A DNA stretch of 64,000 nt, taken from contig JBGUGD010000030.1 in assembly GCA_041697335.1 (NCBI GenBank), positions 32,001 to 96,000 of the forward strand, written 5' to 3'. The position numbers and the translations under genes are program-made. The stretch is from Vampirovibrionaceae bacterium NZW_1234. GTDB taxonomy: Bacteria > Cyanobacteriota > Vampirovibrionia > Vampirovibrionales > JAGQHJ01. This document shows positions 1 to 9,363 of this stretch, one piece after another. How positions within the stretch are numbered: the first letter of the stretch is position 1; each line of letters begins with the position of its first letter. The notes under the pieces were generated by a model, which ran no database searches, was not told the origin of the DNA, and saw only the letters and a list, made by a program, of their open reading frames with translations.

Positions 1-428
1 TACGAGGAGTTACTGCTGCGTTGATGGGGTTGATAGGGAGGAATGCTGCTGAGGAGGTAATGCTGATACTTCCTTTTCGTGAACCTTAAGAAATCCTTTA
101 AAAATGGCCTGAAACCCCTTTCATTAGAGCGTTTTCATCCGTAACTCCAGGGACGCAGGGCCTCTGTGGCATTGATGAGGCGTTGTGATTTATTTCAATT
201 TCAAATCGCTGTCGTGGGCACTGGCGGTGACATCCACCCTTCAGTGGATGAGCTATCGAAGGGCGGACTTCTATACTGATAGTGATCCACAACAACCACC
301 TCGTTTGTCTATCACACTGTTTTTCAGAGCGGTGTGATTTCTTTTGATTAGAGGCTTTTCTGTTCGCATTTTGGCGCACGTATAATGAAGCCAGAACACA
401 AATGTCTGATGAAAGAGGAGCAAACCGG

Positions 429-980
429 ATGTCTACCTTGTTGTCTACGGATTCGGCTTTGTTGCTGGTGATTGATATCCAGGAAAAGTTTTTGCCGGTG
501 CTGCACAATCCGGATCAGGTTGTGCAAGGTGCATCTCGCTTGATCAAGGGCTGCAATCAGTTGAATGTCCCTATTGTTGTGAGTGAGCAGTATCCTCAAG
601 GTTTGGGCCCCACTGTGGATGATTTAAAAGCTTTATTTACGCCAAGCACGGCGGTCATCACCAAAACGGCTTTTGGCTGTTGCGGCGACCCCTCGTTTGA
701 ATCTTATATTCAATCGTCGGGTCGAACCCAGATTATTGTCTGTGGCTTAGAAGCCCATGTGTGTGTTAATCAGACCGTTGTGCGACTTTTGGAGCTGGGG
801 TATTCGGTAGCTCTGGTGGAAGATGCCTTAGGGACACGGCATGCAAGCAATCTTGATATTGCCCTGCGCAAGCTGACCCAGCTGGGTGCCCTGCCTTACA
901 GTGTTGAAATGGTTCTTTTTGAGTTGCTCCGAGAGGCTTCCCATCCGGCATTCAAATCAGTGCAACAATTAATTCGTTGA
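429..980 (+). CDS. Isochorismatase-family (YcaC-like) cysteine hydrolase
   Basis: Motifs LLVIDIQEK, EQYPQGLGPT, KTAF and GLEAHVCV. GAGGAG at 415-420 favours ATG 429 over the ORF-track start at 402. Confidence 0.9.
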   Translation: MSTLLSTDSALLLVIDIQEKFLPVLHNPDQVVQGASRLIKGCNQLNVPIVVSEQYPQGLGPTVDDLKALFTPSTAVITKTAFGCCGDPSFESYIQSSGRTQIIVCGLEAHVCVNQTVVRLLELGYSVALVEDALGTRHASNLDIALRKLTQLGALPYSVEMVLFELLREASHPAFKSVQQLIR

Positions 981-992
981 GGCCTTGTTCCC

Positions 993-2069
993 ATGACGTT
1001 TCAAATTCCGATAATTGCCCAAGGGGATGTAACCCACGCCATTCCGGGGCATTACACTAGTTTCCCAAGCTTATTTCAGGATCCGGCTTCTGGTGACATT
1101 ATCTTGGTGTATCGGCGTGGGGTGTATGATGATACAGACGCACGTCCCGGGATGAGTGCTCATGGGTTAGAGGGCAACCTATACTGGCGACGCTTTGATG
1201 AGGCTTCGCTTCAATTTGGGGATGAGATGCTTTTATGCGATGGGGCCCACTATCCTCCCGGGTTGATTGATGGGAATATCACGGTTGCCGATGGGCGGGT
1301 GCATTTGTTTGTGCGTCGTTACCCCCATCCACAGCCTGTATTTTACAGTCAAGGTTCTTCGTTTTTGGATTTGTCCCAACCGGATCCGGTACCAGTGGAT
1401 CCCGGGTTTTACATGGGGGCCCAATGGGGACGTCTCGTTTCACTTCATGGGGGGAAGACCCTGTTGCAAGCCTTTTATGGGGGGGATGTAGCACTCATGA
1501 ATCGCGGGGAGTTTCCTCAGTACTATACTCGACCCGCCTTATACCGATCGAATGATGGTGGAACCACTTGGGCCATGCAGGGGTGGATGACGCCCGAGTA
1601 TCTGGAGGATAGACTTTGTGGCAATGAAACCACGCTTGTGAATATTCAGAGACGTCTTTATGCTGTCATGCGTTGTGCCGGGGAGAGTCCTGGGCCTTTG
1701 TTTATGACCACCAGTGATGATGAGGGTGAGACCTGGAGCCAACCTGTTAGGACCGGTTTATACGGCGAGGCGCCGATGTTTTATCAAGCCCCTGACGGCA
1801 CGGTTTTGTTGGGCTTTCGGGGGTATCGTGAGGCCAGTCCAAAAGAAGGCGGCACGTTTTCCCTCACGCGATTTGACCCTGTCACCATGCAATTTGCATC
1901 TCCGGTGGTCATCGAAACATATCTGGGGAATCACTATGACGGTGGTTATGGGGATCTTATCTGGTTGCCCGGGCGTCAGCAGCTTCTGGTGTCATACTAT
2001 TTTTCCAATACCCCAGTGCCCCGAAATCCCTGGATCCGTTTTGCCGTGCTGGCGCTTGGGCAGACATAA
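993..2069 (+). CDS. Sialidase-like/BNR (Asp-box) beta-propeller protein
   Basis: Asp-boxes YRSNDGGTTW and TTSDDEGETW, N-terminal FPSL, C-terminal DGGY. No clear signal peptide. Confidence 0.75.
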   Translation: MTFQIPIIAQGDVTHAIPGHYTSFPSLFQDPASGDIILVYRRGVYDDTDARPGMSAHGLEGNLYWRRFDEASLQFGDEMLLCDGAHYPPGLIDGNITVADGRVHLFVRRYPHPQPVFYSQGSSFLDLSQPDPVPVDPGFYMGAQWGRLVSLHGGKTLLQAFYGGDVALMNRGEFPQYYTRPALYRSNDGGTTWAMQGWMTPEYLEDRLCGNETTLVNIQRRLYAVMRCAGESPGPLFMTTSDDEGETWSQPVRTGLYGEAPMFYQAPDGTVLLGFRGYREASPKEGGTFSLTRFDPVTMQFASPVVIETYLGNHYDGGYGDLIWLPGRQQLLVSYYFSNTPVPRNPWIRFAVLALGQT

Positions 2070-2072
2070 GCA

Positions 2073-2105
2073 ACACCCCGATTCTGTAAAGCAAAATCGG
2101 GGTGT
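2073..2105. terminator. Inverted repeat between convergent genes, probable terminator
   Basis: ACACCCCGATT...AATCGGGGTGT, 11-bp stem just after the stop at 2069. Confidence 0.6.
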
Positions 2106-2145
2106 ATGAGCTATGGTTCGTAGTGAATTTTGGGTTAATGCGGTC

Positions 2146-2352
2146 CTACATGCTGCACCATTTGTTGTAGGGCACGCGAAGACTGTCTAAGAACAGCCCT
2201 GCGGGGGTGGCAATCATGCCTAAAAGCGTCAACATCAGTCCGCCGCCAAGTATGTTGACATACTGCCAAATGGCCCGAGTATGGTTCCATTTTCTGGCAG
2301 CCATCATGCGGCCAAATAGATGTCGTCTTTTGTGCTTGCCAACAGCCATCAT
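2146..2352 (-). CDS. Small basic single-pass membrane protein (68 aa, MMAVGKHKRR...)
   Basis: Fills an intergenic gap; basic N-terminus then a hydrophobic stretch (ILGGGLMLTLLGMIATPAGLFL). Its ATG overlaps the stop of an upstream mini-ORF. Confidence 0.45.
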   Translation of the reverse strand: MMAVGKHKRRHLFGRMMAARKWNHTRAIWQYVNILGGGLMLTLLGMIATPAGLFLDSLRVPYNKWCSM

Positions 2353-2432
2353 ATAGGGACTTCTAACCACTTCTCTTCTTCTCCTCTGGCTTCTTCTCTC
2401 TCTTTACTCTCTCTCTCCAATGTCACTATCAT
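2349..2432 (-). CDS. Putative 27-aa Glu/Arg-rich leader peptide MIVTLERESKEREEARGEEEKWLEVPI
   Basis: Translated by hand (below the ORF-track cutoff). TAGGTGGA upstream of the ATG; TGA overlaps the next ATG (ATGA). Confidence 0.35.
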   Translation of the reverse strand: MIVTLERESKEREEARGEEEKWLEVPI

Positions 2433-2626
2433 TTTGTGTTCTTCCACCTAAATAAAAACCGCGAACAGTGTGAGATTGCCTGTCTAAATATTAATAATAT
2501 CTAAATTTGATGGCTTATAGGCGTGGCTCGGATATTGTTGGCTTTTGGGCGGGACATATGCGCAATGGAAGAAAAGGCAGGTATAATGGAGAGAACGTTC
2601 CAGAGCGGTAATAAAGGAGTTGAATC

Positions 2627-2971
2627 GTGGCCGATCCGCAACTGTTGTTGTTGGTTCAGGAAGATTTGCCCGACGAGTTTAATCGGCGAGTCGAGGCCAT
2701 GGCAAATACTGAAATCGATCTGTCTGGCGGGCAGTTTCGAGGTTATGATCTGCGTCGCTTTAATCTCCAGCAGGCAAATCTGACAGACTGCTACTTGCGA
2801 AACGCCGATCTCAGGGGGCTTGATCTCAGTCACGCTCAACTGGCCGGGGCCAGCATCAAGGACGCAAAAATCAGCGGTGTTTTATTCCCGGTGGCATTAT
2901 CGGCCTCAGAAATTGAATTGAGCCTTCATTATGGCACTCGTTTGCGTCTCTCCGTAGAGGCTTTGGTATGA
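2627..2971 (+). CDS. Pentapeptide repeat protein
   Basis: Repeats of the A(D/N)Lxx type (ANLTD, ADLRG, AQLAG). AAAGGAG RBS before the GTG. Confidence 0.9.
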   Translation: MADPQLLLLVQEDLPDEFNRRVEAMANTEIDLSGGQFRGYDLRRFNLQQANLTDCYLRNADLRGLDLSHAQLAGASIKDAKISGVLFPVALSASEIELSLHYGTRLRLSVEALV

Positions 2972-4380
2972 AATCGGCTGCTACCTTTACCTGGGCCCAG
3001 TTGCTGTCTGAAACGCAAGGAGAAGCCGTTTCTCATCATCGGCCATTTGAGACAGCGGCCCTTGACTCAGACACCCGTACTTTGGATCACGACTCCTTTT
3101 TTGTTCCGTTGACGGGCGCCAATTTTGATGGCAACGATTATATTGCCGCTGCTTATGAAGCAGGAGCCCAAGGGGCTTTTGTTCGGCAGGCCTATCTGGC
3201 CAAACACCCTGATTTGAAACGTTTTCCAAACCTGATCTCGGTCGAGGAGCCTTTAATGGCCTACTTGGCTTTGGCCCGACTGCATCGCCGTCGTTGTGCG
3301 GCTCGGATTGTGGCTGTAACCGGCAGTTCCGGAAAAACCACGACGAAGGAAATGTTGTTTGCTCTTTTGAGTTCCGTTCTTGGGGATCAGGTTCAAAAAT
3401 CAGAGAAAAACTTTAATAACGAGGTGGGTGTCGCCTTAACGTTGTTGAATATACGCCCTTCAACCCATGTGATGGTCCTTGAAATGGGAATGCGGGGGCC
3501 AAATCAGATCTCTATCTTGTCGGAGTATGCTGAGCCTGATATTGGGATTATTACCAATATTGGCCCTGCTCATATTGGTTTATTGGGCTCTTTAGATGCC
3601 ATTGCCAAAGCCAAGTGCGAACTGTTCCAAGGTATGGACCCAGAAAAATCCTTGGGTATCATTAACGGCGATGATCCTCTTTTAGTGGGCGAGGCCAGTC
3701 GTTCTTGGGACGGTCGGCTCGAGTCCTATTCTCTGCATGAAGTTGATGAAATTCATACCTTTCCAGAAGGCCATCTGACGTTTAATTACGAAGATGCTAC
3801 GTTTGCCCTGTCTTTGCCGGGTAGTCACAATGTTTCCAATGCCTTAGCCGGTATTAAGGCCTGCGAAGCTTTGGGCATTCCCCTGAAACGGATTCAAAAT
3901 GCGTTGGCCGATTTTGAACCCGGTGGCGCTCGCTGGCAGAAGCGTCAGCTGGAAGGTTTAGATAATATTTGGATGATTAATGATGCCTATAATGCCAATC
4001 CTGCCAGTGTGAAAGTTGCCTTAGGGGCTTTTCTGGATGGGCACTACCCGGGTCTGACCAAAGTGGCGATTGTAGGTGGTATGGCTGAATTGGGGGCTTT
4101 TAGCGAGCATTATCATCGTGAGATCGGTCATTGGGTGGGTGAGTATGGAGGACTGGATGCGTTGGTGGTGATGGGTGATGAGGCTGCGCCTTTGGCTCAG
4201 GCTGCCGCAGAACATCAACTGCCGGTGTATTGTGTCCAGGACGCTCAGGATGTTGTGGCGTTGATCCAGAAGACCTGGCCCGCCAATGCCATCTTCTTCT
4301 TAAAAGCCTCTCGTTCGTTTCAGTTGGAACACGTGCCGGAGTTATTGACGCATGACCACCCTTCCCATGTCCTTCCCTAA
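2968..4380 (+). CDS. murF: UDP-N-acetylmuramoyl-tripeptide--D-Ala-D-Ala ligase
   Basis: VTGSSGKTTTKEM, NFNNEVG, LEMGM, INDAYNANP, KASR. Confidence 0.95.
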   Translation: MKSAATFTWAQLLSETQGEAVSHHRPFETAALDSDTRTLDHDSFFVPLTGANFDGNDYIAAAYEAGAQGAFVRQAYLAKHPDLKRFPNLISVEEPLMAYLALARLHRRRCAARIVAVTGSSGKTTTKEMLFALLSSVLGDQVQKSEKNFNNEVGVALTLLNIRPSTHVMVLEMGMRGPNQISILSEYAEPDIGIITNIGPAHIGLLGSLDAIAKAKCELFQGMDPEKSLGIINGDDPLLVGEASRSWDGRLESYSLHEVDEIHTFPEGHLTFNYEDATFALSLPGSHNVSNALAGIKACEALGIPLKRIQNALADFEPGGARWQKRQLEGLDNIWMINDAYNANPASVKVALGAFLDGHYPGLTKVAIVGGMAELGAFSEHYHREIGHWVGEYGGLDALVVMGDEAAPLAQAAAEHQLPVYCVQDAQDVVALIQKTWPANAIFFLKASRSFQLEHVPELLTHDHPSHVLP

Positions 4381-5332
4381 TCCATTTCCCATGTTTATCC
4401 CGGCGATTTTATGGCTGATGTTTGGCGCGCCGTATATTGCCTTCCTTAAAGAAAAGACATTTGGCCAATACATCCGTGAAGACGGTCCTCAAAGCCATCA
4501 TGCGAAAGCCGGTACACCAACCATGGGTGGATTACTCATCATTCTGACCGTCTTGCTCGCTATGATTGGTTTTATTTTTATTGAACCGGCTTTACAGACC
4601 ACCGAGTTGTTTCTCTGTCTCCTGGTTCTGATGGTGTTTGGGTTTCTAGGATTTACTGATGATTTTATGAAAATTACCAAACAGAAAAACAAAGGGCTAT
4701 CGGGTTGGTCTAAGCTGGCTGTCCAGGTTATTACGGGGGCTGCAATCGGGCTTTATGCCATGAGTTTGAATCACGGGGATGTATCTGTTTTCGGGTTCGC
4801 TACCTTGCATCTGGGTTGGTTGTACCCGGTCTTGGCGATATTTATCATTACGGGCGCCTCCAATGCCTATAACTTAACCGATGGGCTCGATGGCTTAGCC
4901 GGCGGTACCGGATTTATGACCTTTGCTGGATTCTCGTTTCTCTTGGCATCATACCCGTCTATGATGCTTTTGTCGCTGTTGTTGGCTGGGGGGTGCCTCG
5001 GATTTCTTGCCTTTAACCGGTATCCCGCTAAAATTTTTATGGGCGATACGGGCAGTCTTGCCTTGGGCGGTGTGATGGGGGTGATGGCTATCTTGGGCCA
5101 TGTTGAGGCTTTTTTGGTGCTTTTGGGAGGTGTTTATGTTTTGGAGACACTGTCTGTCATCTTACAAGTGGCTTATTTTAAGTTAACTAAAGGGAAACGC
5201 TTATTTAAAATGAGCCCGCTCCACCACCACTTTGAATTATCCGGTTGGAAAGAGCCGACGGTTGTGATTACATTTATTGTAGCCCAGGCCCTGTTTAGTG
5301 TACTGGCCGTTTTGCTGTACAATAGGAGCTAA
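4352..5332 (+). CDS. mraY: Phospho-N-acetylmuramoyl-pentapeptide transferase
   Basis: KAGTPTMGG, DD, NLTDGLDGLA, FMGDTGS, PLHHHFE. Confidence 0.97.
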   Translation: MTTLPMSFPNPFPMFIPAILWLMFGAPYIAFLKEKTFGQYIREDGPQSHHAKAGTPTMGGLLIILTVLLAMIGFIFIEPALQTTELFLCLLVLMVFGFLGFTDDFMKITKQKNKGLSGWSKLAVQVITGAAIGLYAMSLNHGDVSVFGFATLHLGWLYPVLAIFIITGASNAYNLTDGLDGLAGGTGFMTFAGFSFLLASYPSMMLLSLLLAGGCLGFLAFNRYPAKIFMGDTGSLALGGVMGVMAILGHVEAFLVLLGGVYVLETLSVILQVAYFKLTKGKRLFKMSPLHHHFELSGWKEPTVVITFIVAQALFSVLAVLLYNRS

Positions 5333-5333
5333 G

Positions 5334-6731
5334 ATGAGCACTTCTTGGACCCAAAAACCTGTTACGATTTTAGGACTTTCCAAAAGCGGAATGGCCACTG
5401 CACGCTATTTGGCTTCTCGCGGGGCCATATGCTTCGTCAGTGAAACGGTTCCGGCCACACCTGCCAATAAGGATAGCCGAGACGAGCTTCAGGCCCTTGG
5501 GGTTGAGATTGAAATGGGTGGCCACTCGGCCAAGTGCTTTAATCACAGTGACTTGGTGGTGGTGAGTCCCGGGATTCCACCAAGCTCTCAAATTCTCAAA
5601 GAATTGTCACTCAGCGGCAAAACCATTATCAGTGAAGTGGAGCTTGCCTACCGAGAAACCCAGGTGCCCTTCGTGGCGGTCACGGGAACCAACGGCAAGA
5701 CAACCACGACAACATTGATTTCTGAAATTTTGCAGGCCGCGGGTAAGATTTCACCCGCTTGCGGCAATATTGGGACTCCGATTATCAGCCTGGTCGACGC
5801 GCCGGCGGACTATTTTGTGGCGGAGCTGAGTTCGTTTCAGCTTACCTTCTCGCCGACCTTGCGGGCTCAGGTTGCCTTGTTTATGAATTTTCGCCCGGAT
5901 CACCTGGATTGGCACGGCTCTCAGGAAGCCTATAAGCGGGCCAAATTTTCCTTATTCGAACATCAACAGCCTACGGACTGGTCTGTTTTAAATGCCGATG
6001 ACCCGGTTTGCGTGGAATTAGGCACTTTAATTTCCTCAAAAGCCCTTTGGTTCAGTCGCACCCCGGCGTCCGTGGCGGACTATCCCAATGCCGTGACTCT
6101 TCAGTCTGAGGGCACGATAGTGATTCGAACAGACGGGGGCACATGGGAGCCGCTCTTTTCCATTCATGACATGAAGCTTGTGGGCCGGCACAATCAGGAG
6201 AACGTGTTAGCCGCAGCGGCTGCAACGTGGCTCTTGGGTATTGATGCGGCCACGATCGCTTCGGCTGTAGCCCAGTTTGAAGGCGTGGAACACCGTCTCG
6301 AGCCTGTTGGGGTCTTCAATAACATTGCCTACTATAACGATTCCAAGGCAACCAATCCGGATGCTTCTCTGTCCGCTTTGGAGGCGTTTTCACCTCGACG
6401 CGTGGTTTTGATTGCCGGCGGGCGTGACAAGAAAACCGATCTTCAGGAGTTTGTGGCTTCGGTGGCGAAAAACGCCCATCACGTTGTCTTGTTGGGAGAA
6501 GCCACCGAGCGCTTTGCTCAAGCTTTGCAAACCGGGGGCTATACTCAGATCTCGAAGGCCCAGACACTGGATGAGGCTGTACAGAAGGCTACTTCTGTGG
6601 CTTCGGCAGACACGCCGGTATTGTTTTCTCCGGCCTGTGCCAGCTTTGATATGTTTCAAAATTTCGAAGCGCGAGGGCGCGCCTTTAAACAAGCAGTGCA
6701 TCAGCTGCTTGCTGTTTCTTCACCCTCTTAA
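5334..6731 (+). CDS. murD: UDP-N-acetylmuramoyl-L-alanine--D-glutamate ligase
   Basis: VVSPGI, VTGTNGKTTT, GNIG, ELSSFQL, NDSKATN, SPACASFD. AGGAG RBS favours ATG 5334. Confidence 0.96.
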   Translation: MSTSWTQKPVTILGLSKSGMATARYLASRGAICFVSETVPATPANKDSRDELQALGVEIEMGGHSAKCFNHSDLVVVSPGIPPSSQILKELSLSGKTIISEVELAYRETQVPFVAVTGTNGKTTTTTLISEILQAAGKISPACGNIGTPIISLVDAPADYFVAELSSFQLTFSPTLRAQVALFMNFRPDHLDWHGSQEAYKRAKFSLFEHQQPTDWSVLNADDPVCVELGTLISSKALWFSRTPASVADYPNAVTLQSEGTIVIRTDGGTWEPLFSIHDMKLVGRHNQENVLAAAAATWLLGIDAATIASAVAQFEGVEHRLEPVGVFNNIAYYNDSKATNPDASLSALEAFSPRRVVLIAGGRDKKTDLQEFVASVAKNAHHVVLLGEATERFAQALQTGGYTQISKAQTLDEAVQKATSVASADTPVLFSPACASFDMFQNFEARGRAFKQAVHQLLAVSSPS

Positions 6732-6745
6732 GGAAGGAGCCTTGA

Positions 6746-7972
6746 GTGGCTATTGTGAAATCATCCTCCACGCGGCATCGCACCCGGTCACGGCGGGCGC
6801 TTGATTCGGATGAGATGCAGCCCATCAAAGAAGCCCCCCACCCTAAGGCCCAGTCGGTTTTAGCCGGGGTTGACAAGACCTTGTTGTATGTCACGGTGGC
6901 TTTGTCCTGCTTGGGGCTGATGGCAGTCTTTTCGGCCAGTGCCATGGAGGCCATGGACAAGTTTGACAATGGCTTGTACTTTGTTCAGCGCCAGGCCATA
7001 TTTTTTGTCTTAGGTTTTGCCATGATGATTGGGGTGTCCCGGGTTCCCTATTTCAAGTGGTCTAAAGGGGCCAAACTTTTTTCGATTGGGGTCATTGGTT
7101 TATTGCTGTACACCCTCAGCAATGGGGTGGAAGCCTACGGCGCCGAGCGATGGATTCGCATTGGCGGGTTTCAGTTTCAGCCGTCGGAATTGAGCAAAAT
7201 TTCAGTGGTCTTGTTATTGGCCCAAACCTTAAGCCAAAGTCTGGTCGACAGGGCTCGATCGGGTTTACGGAATCTGTCGGCACTGGCTAATGTGGCTTTG
7301 ATTGGACTTACCGTGCTTCTGATTCTCAAACAACCCAACCTCAGTATGACAATTATTCTTTCCTCCGTGACGGGAATTCTGCTCTTTATTGCCGGGGTAC
7401 CTTTATTGGTGCTGGGAGTTGGCGGGGTGATGGGAGGGTTCGTGGTGGCCCATAAGATTATGACCACGCCCTATCAGCTGCGTCGGATTCAAGGCTGGTT
7501 GGATCCCTGGAAAGATGCTCAAGACAGTGGGTACAACTTGATTCAGTCTCTGTTTGCCATCGGCTCTGGCGGGCTGTTTGGGGCAGGGCTCGGGATGTCT
7601 CATCAGAAGTTGTATTACCTGCCGTTTCAATACACCGACTTTATTTTCTCGGTCTGGGCTGAGGAATGGGGTTTTATGGGGTGTCTGATTCTTTTGGGGC
7701 TCTTTTTCATGCTTTTGTATCGCGGCTATGTAATTGCAAAAACATGCCGGAGCGCTTTTGGCCAAGTGCTGGCCATGGGAATTACCCTGATGTTTGCGGT
7801 TCAGATTATTATTAACGTCTTTGTTGCTACCGGGCTGTTTCCGGTTACGGGCGTTACCTTGCCCTTGATTAGCTATGGTGGTACATCGGTCCTTGTAACG
7901 CTGATTATGATTGGGATGCTTCTCAATATTTCTCGTTATCGGGTTAGTGTCAGCCAAATCCGGTCTCGATAG
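6746..7972 (+). CDS. ftsW: SEDS peptidoglycan glycosyltransferase FtsW
   Basis: RWI...FQPSE, TDFIFSVWAEEWG, GVTLPLISYGGTS; lies between murD and murG. Confidence 0.93.
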   Translation: MAIVKSSSTRHRTRSRRALDSDEMQPIKEAPHPKAQSVLAGVDKTLLYVTVALSCLGLMAVFSASAMEAMDKFDNGLYFVQRQAIFFVLGFAMMIGVSRVPYFKWSKGAKLFSIGVIGLLLYTLSNGVEAYGAERWIRIGGFQFQPSELSKISVVLLLAQTLSQSLVDRARSGLRNLSALANVALIGLTVLLILKQPNLSMTIILSSVTGILLFIAGVPLLVLGVGGVMGGFVVAHKIMTTPYQLRRIQGWLDPWKDAQDSGYNLIQSLFAIGSGGLFGAGLGMSHQKLYYLPFQYTDFIFSVWAEEWGFMGCLILLGLFFMLLYRGYVIAKTCRSAFGQVLAMGITLMFAVQIIINVFVATGLFPVTGVTLPLISYGGTSVLVTLIMIGMLLNISRYRVSVSQIRSR

Positions 7973-7978
7973 TCCACG

Positions 7979-9103
7979 ATGAAAGTTGTGGTTACCGGTG
8001 GTGGCACAGGTGGGCATTTATACCCAGCCTTGGCCGTGGTGGAAGCATTAAAAGCGGATTCGCAGGTTCAGGCGATAACCTATATCGGTAATACAGGGCG
8101 TAAGGAAGCCGAGTTGGTGCCGACCTTTGGTGTTCCCTTTATTGGCATGCGTTTTGCCGGGATGCCTCGGGGGCTGAACCTGTCCATTGTGCCCTGGAGT
8201 ATGCAATTACTGCAGGCGTTTTTTGACGCTCGGAGCCATCTGATGCGCCTGAAACCGGATGTTGTGTTTGGCACTGGGGGTTATATCACTGGGCCGGTCT
8301 TATTTGCCGCCCGATCTTTGGGCATTCCGTACGTGGTCCATGAGCCCGATGCTTTTCCGGGGTTGGTGAATCGGGTCACCGCACGCTGGGCTACCCAGAT
8401 GACATGTGCGTTTCCTGAAGCCAGAGCCCGGCTGAAAACCCGTCAATTAACTGTCAGCGGGAATCCCTTGCGCAGTCAAATCGGTCAGGTCTCTAAAGCA
8501 GAGGCTCTCGCTCGACTGGATTTGCCGTTTGCCTTGGACAAACCTATACTTCTGGTCACGGGTGGCTCTCAAGGTGCGCGTAAATTGAATCAAGGGCTTT
8601 TGGAAGCGTTGCCTGAGCTGATTGAATCACTGGGAATGCAGGTTCTGCATCAAACCGGGGATAAGTTGTATGAGGAGGTCCTGAGCCAATGCCCTCCTGA
8701 ATACCGAACACACCAGGCCTACGCTTGTCGGCCGTTTATTTCGGATATGGCCTCGGCCTTGGCTCTTGCGGATGTGGCCGTTAGCCGATCGGGCTCCATG
8801 TCTCTGTCGGAAATGTATCGGGCTCATATTCCGACCATTCTGGTTCCTTACCCTCATGCCGCAGCCGATCATCAGCGCAAGAATGCCCTGGCTTCTGCGC
8901 GGGCGGGGGCCTCGGTGATGATTGAGGACGCCCAGTTGAGTGGGGAAACCCTCATAGACACCCTAGCCGATCTACTCCGGTCTCCGGAACGACTCGAGGC
9001 TATGCGCGAGGCCGCTCGCCAGCTATCGGCTCCCGAGGCAACCTCCATTGTTGTGGGGATATTAAAGTCCGTTGCCTTGACACGTCCAAAGGCCTCGGGC
9101 TAA
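7979..9103 (+). CDS. murG: Lipid II GlcNAc transferase
   Basis: GGGTGGH, GTGGY, GNPLR, GGSQGA, HQRKNA. Confidence 0.97.
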   Translation: MKVVVTGGGTGGHLYPALAVVEALKADSQVQAITYIGNTGRKEAELVPTFGVPFIGMRFAGMPRGLNLSIVPWSMQLLQAFFDARSHLMRLKPDVVFGTGGYITGPVLFAARSLGIPYVVHEPDAFPGLVNRVTARWATQMTCAFPEARARLKTRQLTVSGNPLRSQIGQVSKAEALARLDLPFALDKPILLVTGGSQGARKLNQGLLEALPELIESLGMQVLHQTGDKLYEEVLSQCPPEYRTHQAYACRPFISDMASALALADVAVSRSGSMSLSEMYRAHIPTILVPYPHAAADHQRKNALASARAGASVMIEDAQLSGETLIDTLADLLRSPERLEAMREAARQLSAPEATSIVVGILKSVALTRPKASG

Positions 9104-9106
9104 AAT
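9077..9106 (+). promoter_or_regulatory. Sigma70-type promoter for tRNA-Gln, overlapping the murG 3' end
   Basis: TTGACA-N18-TAAAAT about 20 nt upstream of the tRNA. Confidence 0.75.
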
Positions 9107-9126
9107 CTAACCCTAAGCCTTAATAT

Positions 9127-9198
9127 TGGGGCGTCGCCAAGCGGTAAGGCACCTGGTTTTGGTCCAGGCATTCAGAGGTTCGAATCCTTTCGCCCCAG
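9127..9198 (+). tRNA. tRNA-Gln (anticodon TTG); CCA not encoded
   Basis: TGGGGCG/CGCCCCA acceptor stem, anticodon arm CCTGG-TTTTGGT-CCAGG, GTTCGAATC T-loop. Confidence 0.96.
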
Positions 9199-9206
9199 TT
9201 TTTTCC

Positions 9207-9236
9207 CCCTTCAATCCTTGTGTTGGAGGGTTTTTT
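9207..9236 (+). terminator. Intrinsic terminator after tRNA-Gln
   Basis: CCCTTCAA/TTGGAGGG stem followed by TTTTTT. Confidence 0.7.
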
Positions 9237-9274
9237 GTTGGCGTTCTTGGAGTGGGCTGATCGGGTTAAAGCCT

Positions 9275-9319
9275 TTTCCTGTCTCCGAGCGCGCAATTTG
9301 CGCGCTCGGAGACAGGAAA
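9275..9319. repeat. Perfect 22-bp-arm palindrome with a 1-nt centre
   Basis: TTTCCTGTCTCCGAGCGCGCAA-T-TTGCGCGCTCGGAGACAGGAAA, checked base by base. Confidence 0.95.
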
Positions 9320-9363
9320 TACACTTCATCACCTATGATGAAATTATGGGAGCCCGGTTTAGC

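Noticed and set aside
1..24. Possible 3' end of an upstream plus-strand gene (YEELLLR-stop)
   Set aside because: Too little sequence inside the window to support a call.
231..263. Possible pseudoknot or riboswitch (CATCCAC/GTGGATG stem with loop CCTTC pairing to GAAGG)
   Set aside because: Short pairings, no riboswitch consensus recognised, and upstream of the apparent -10 box at 381.
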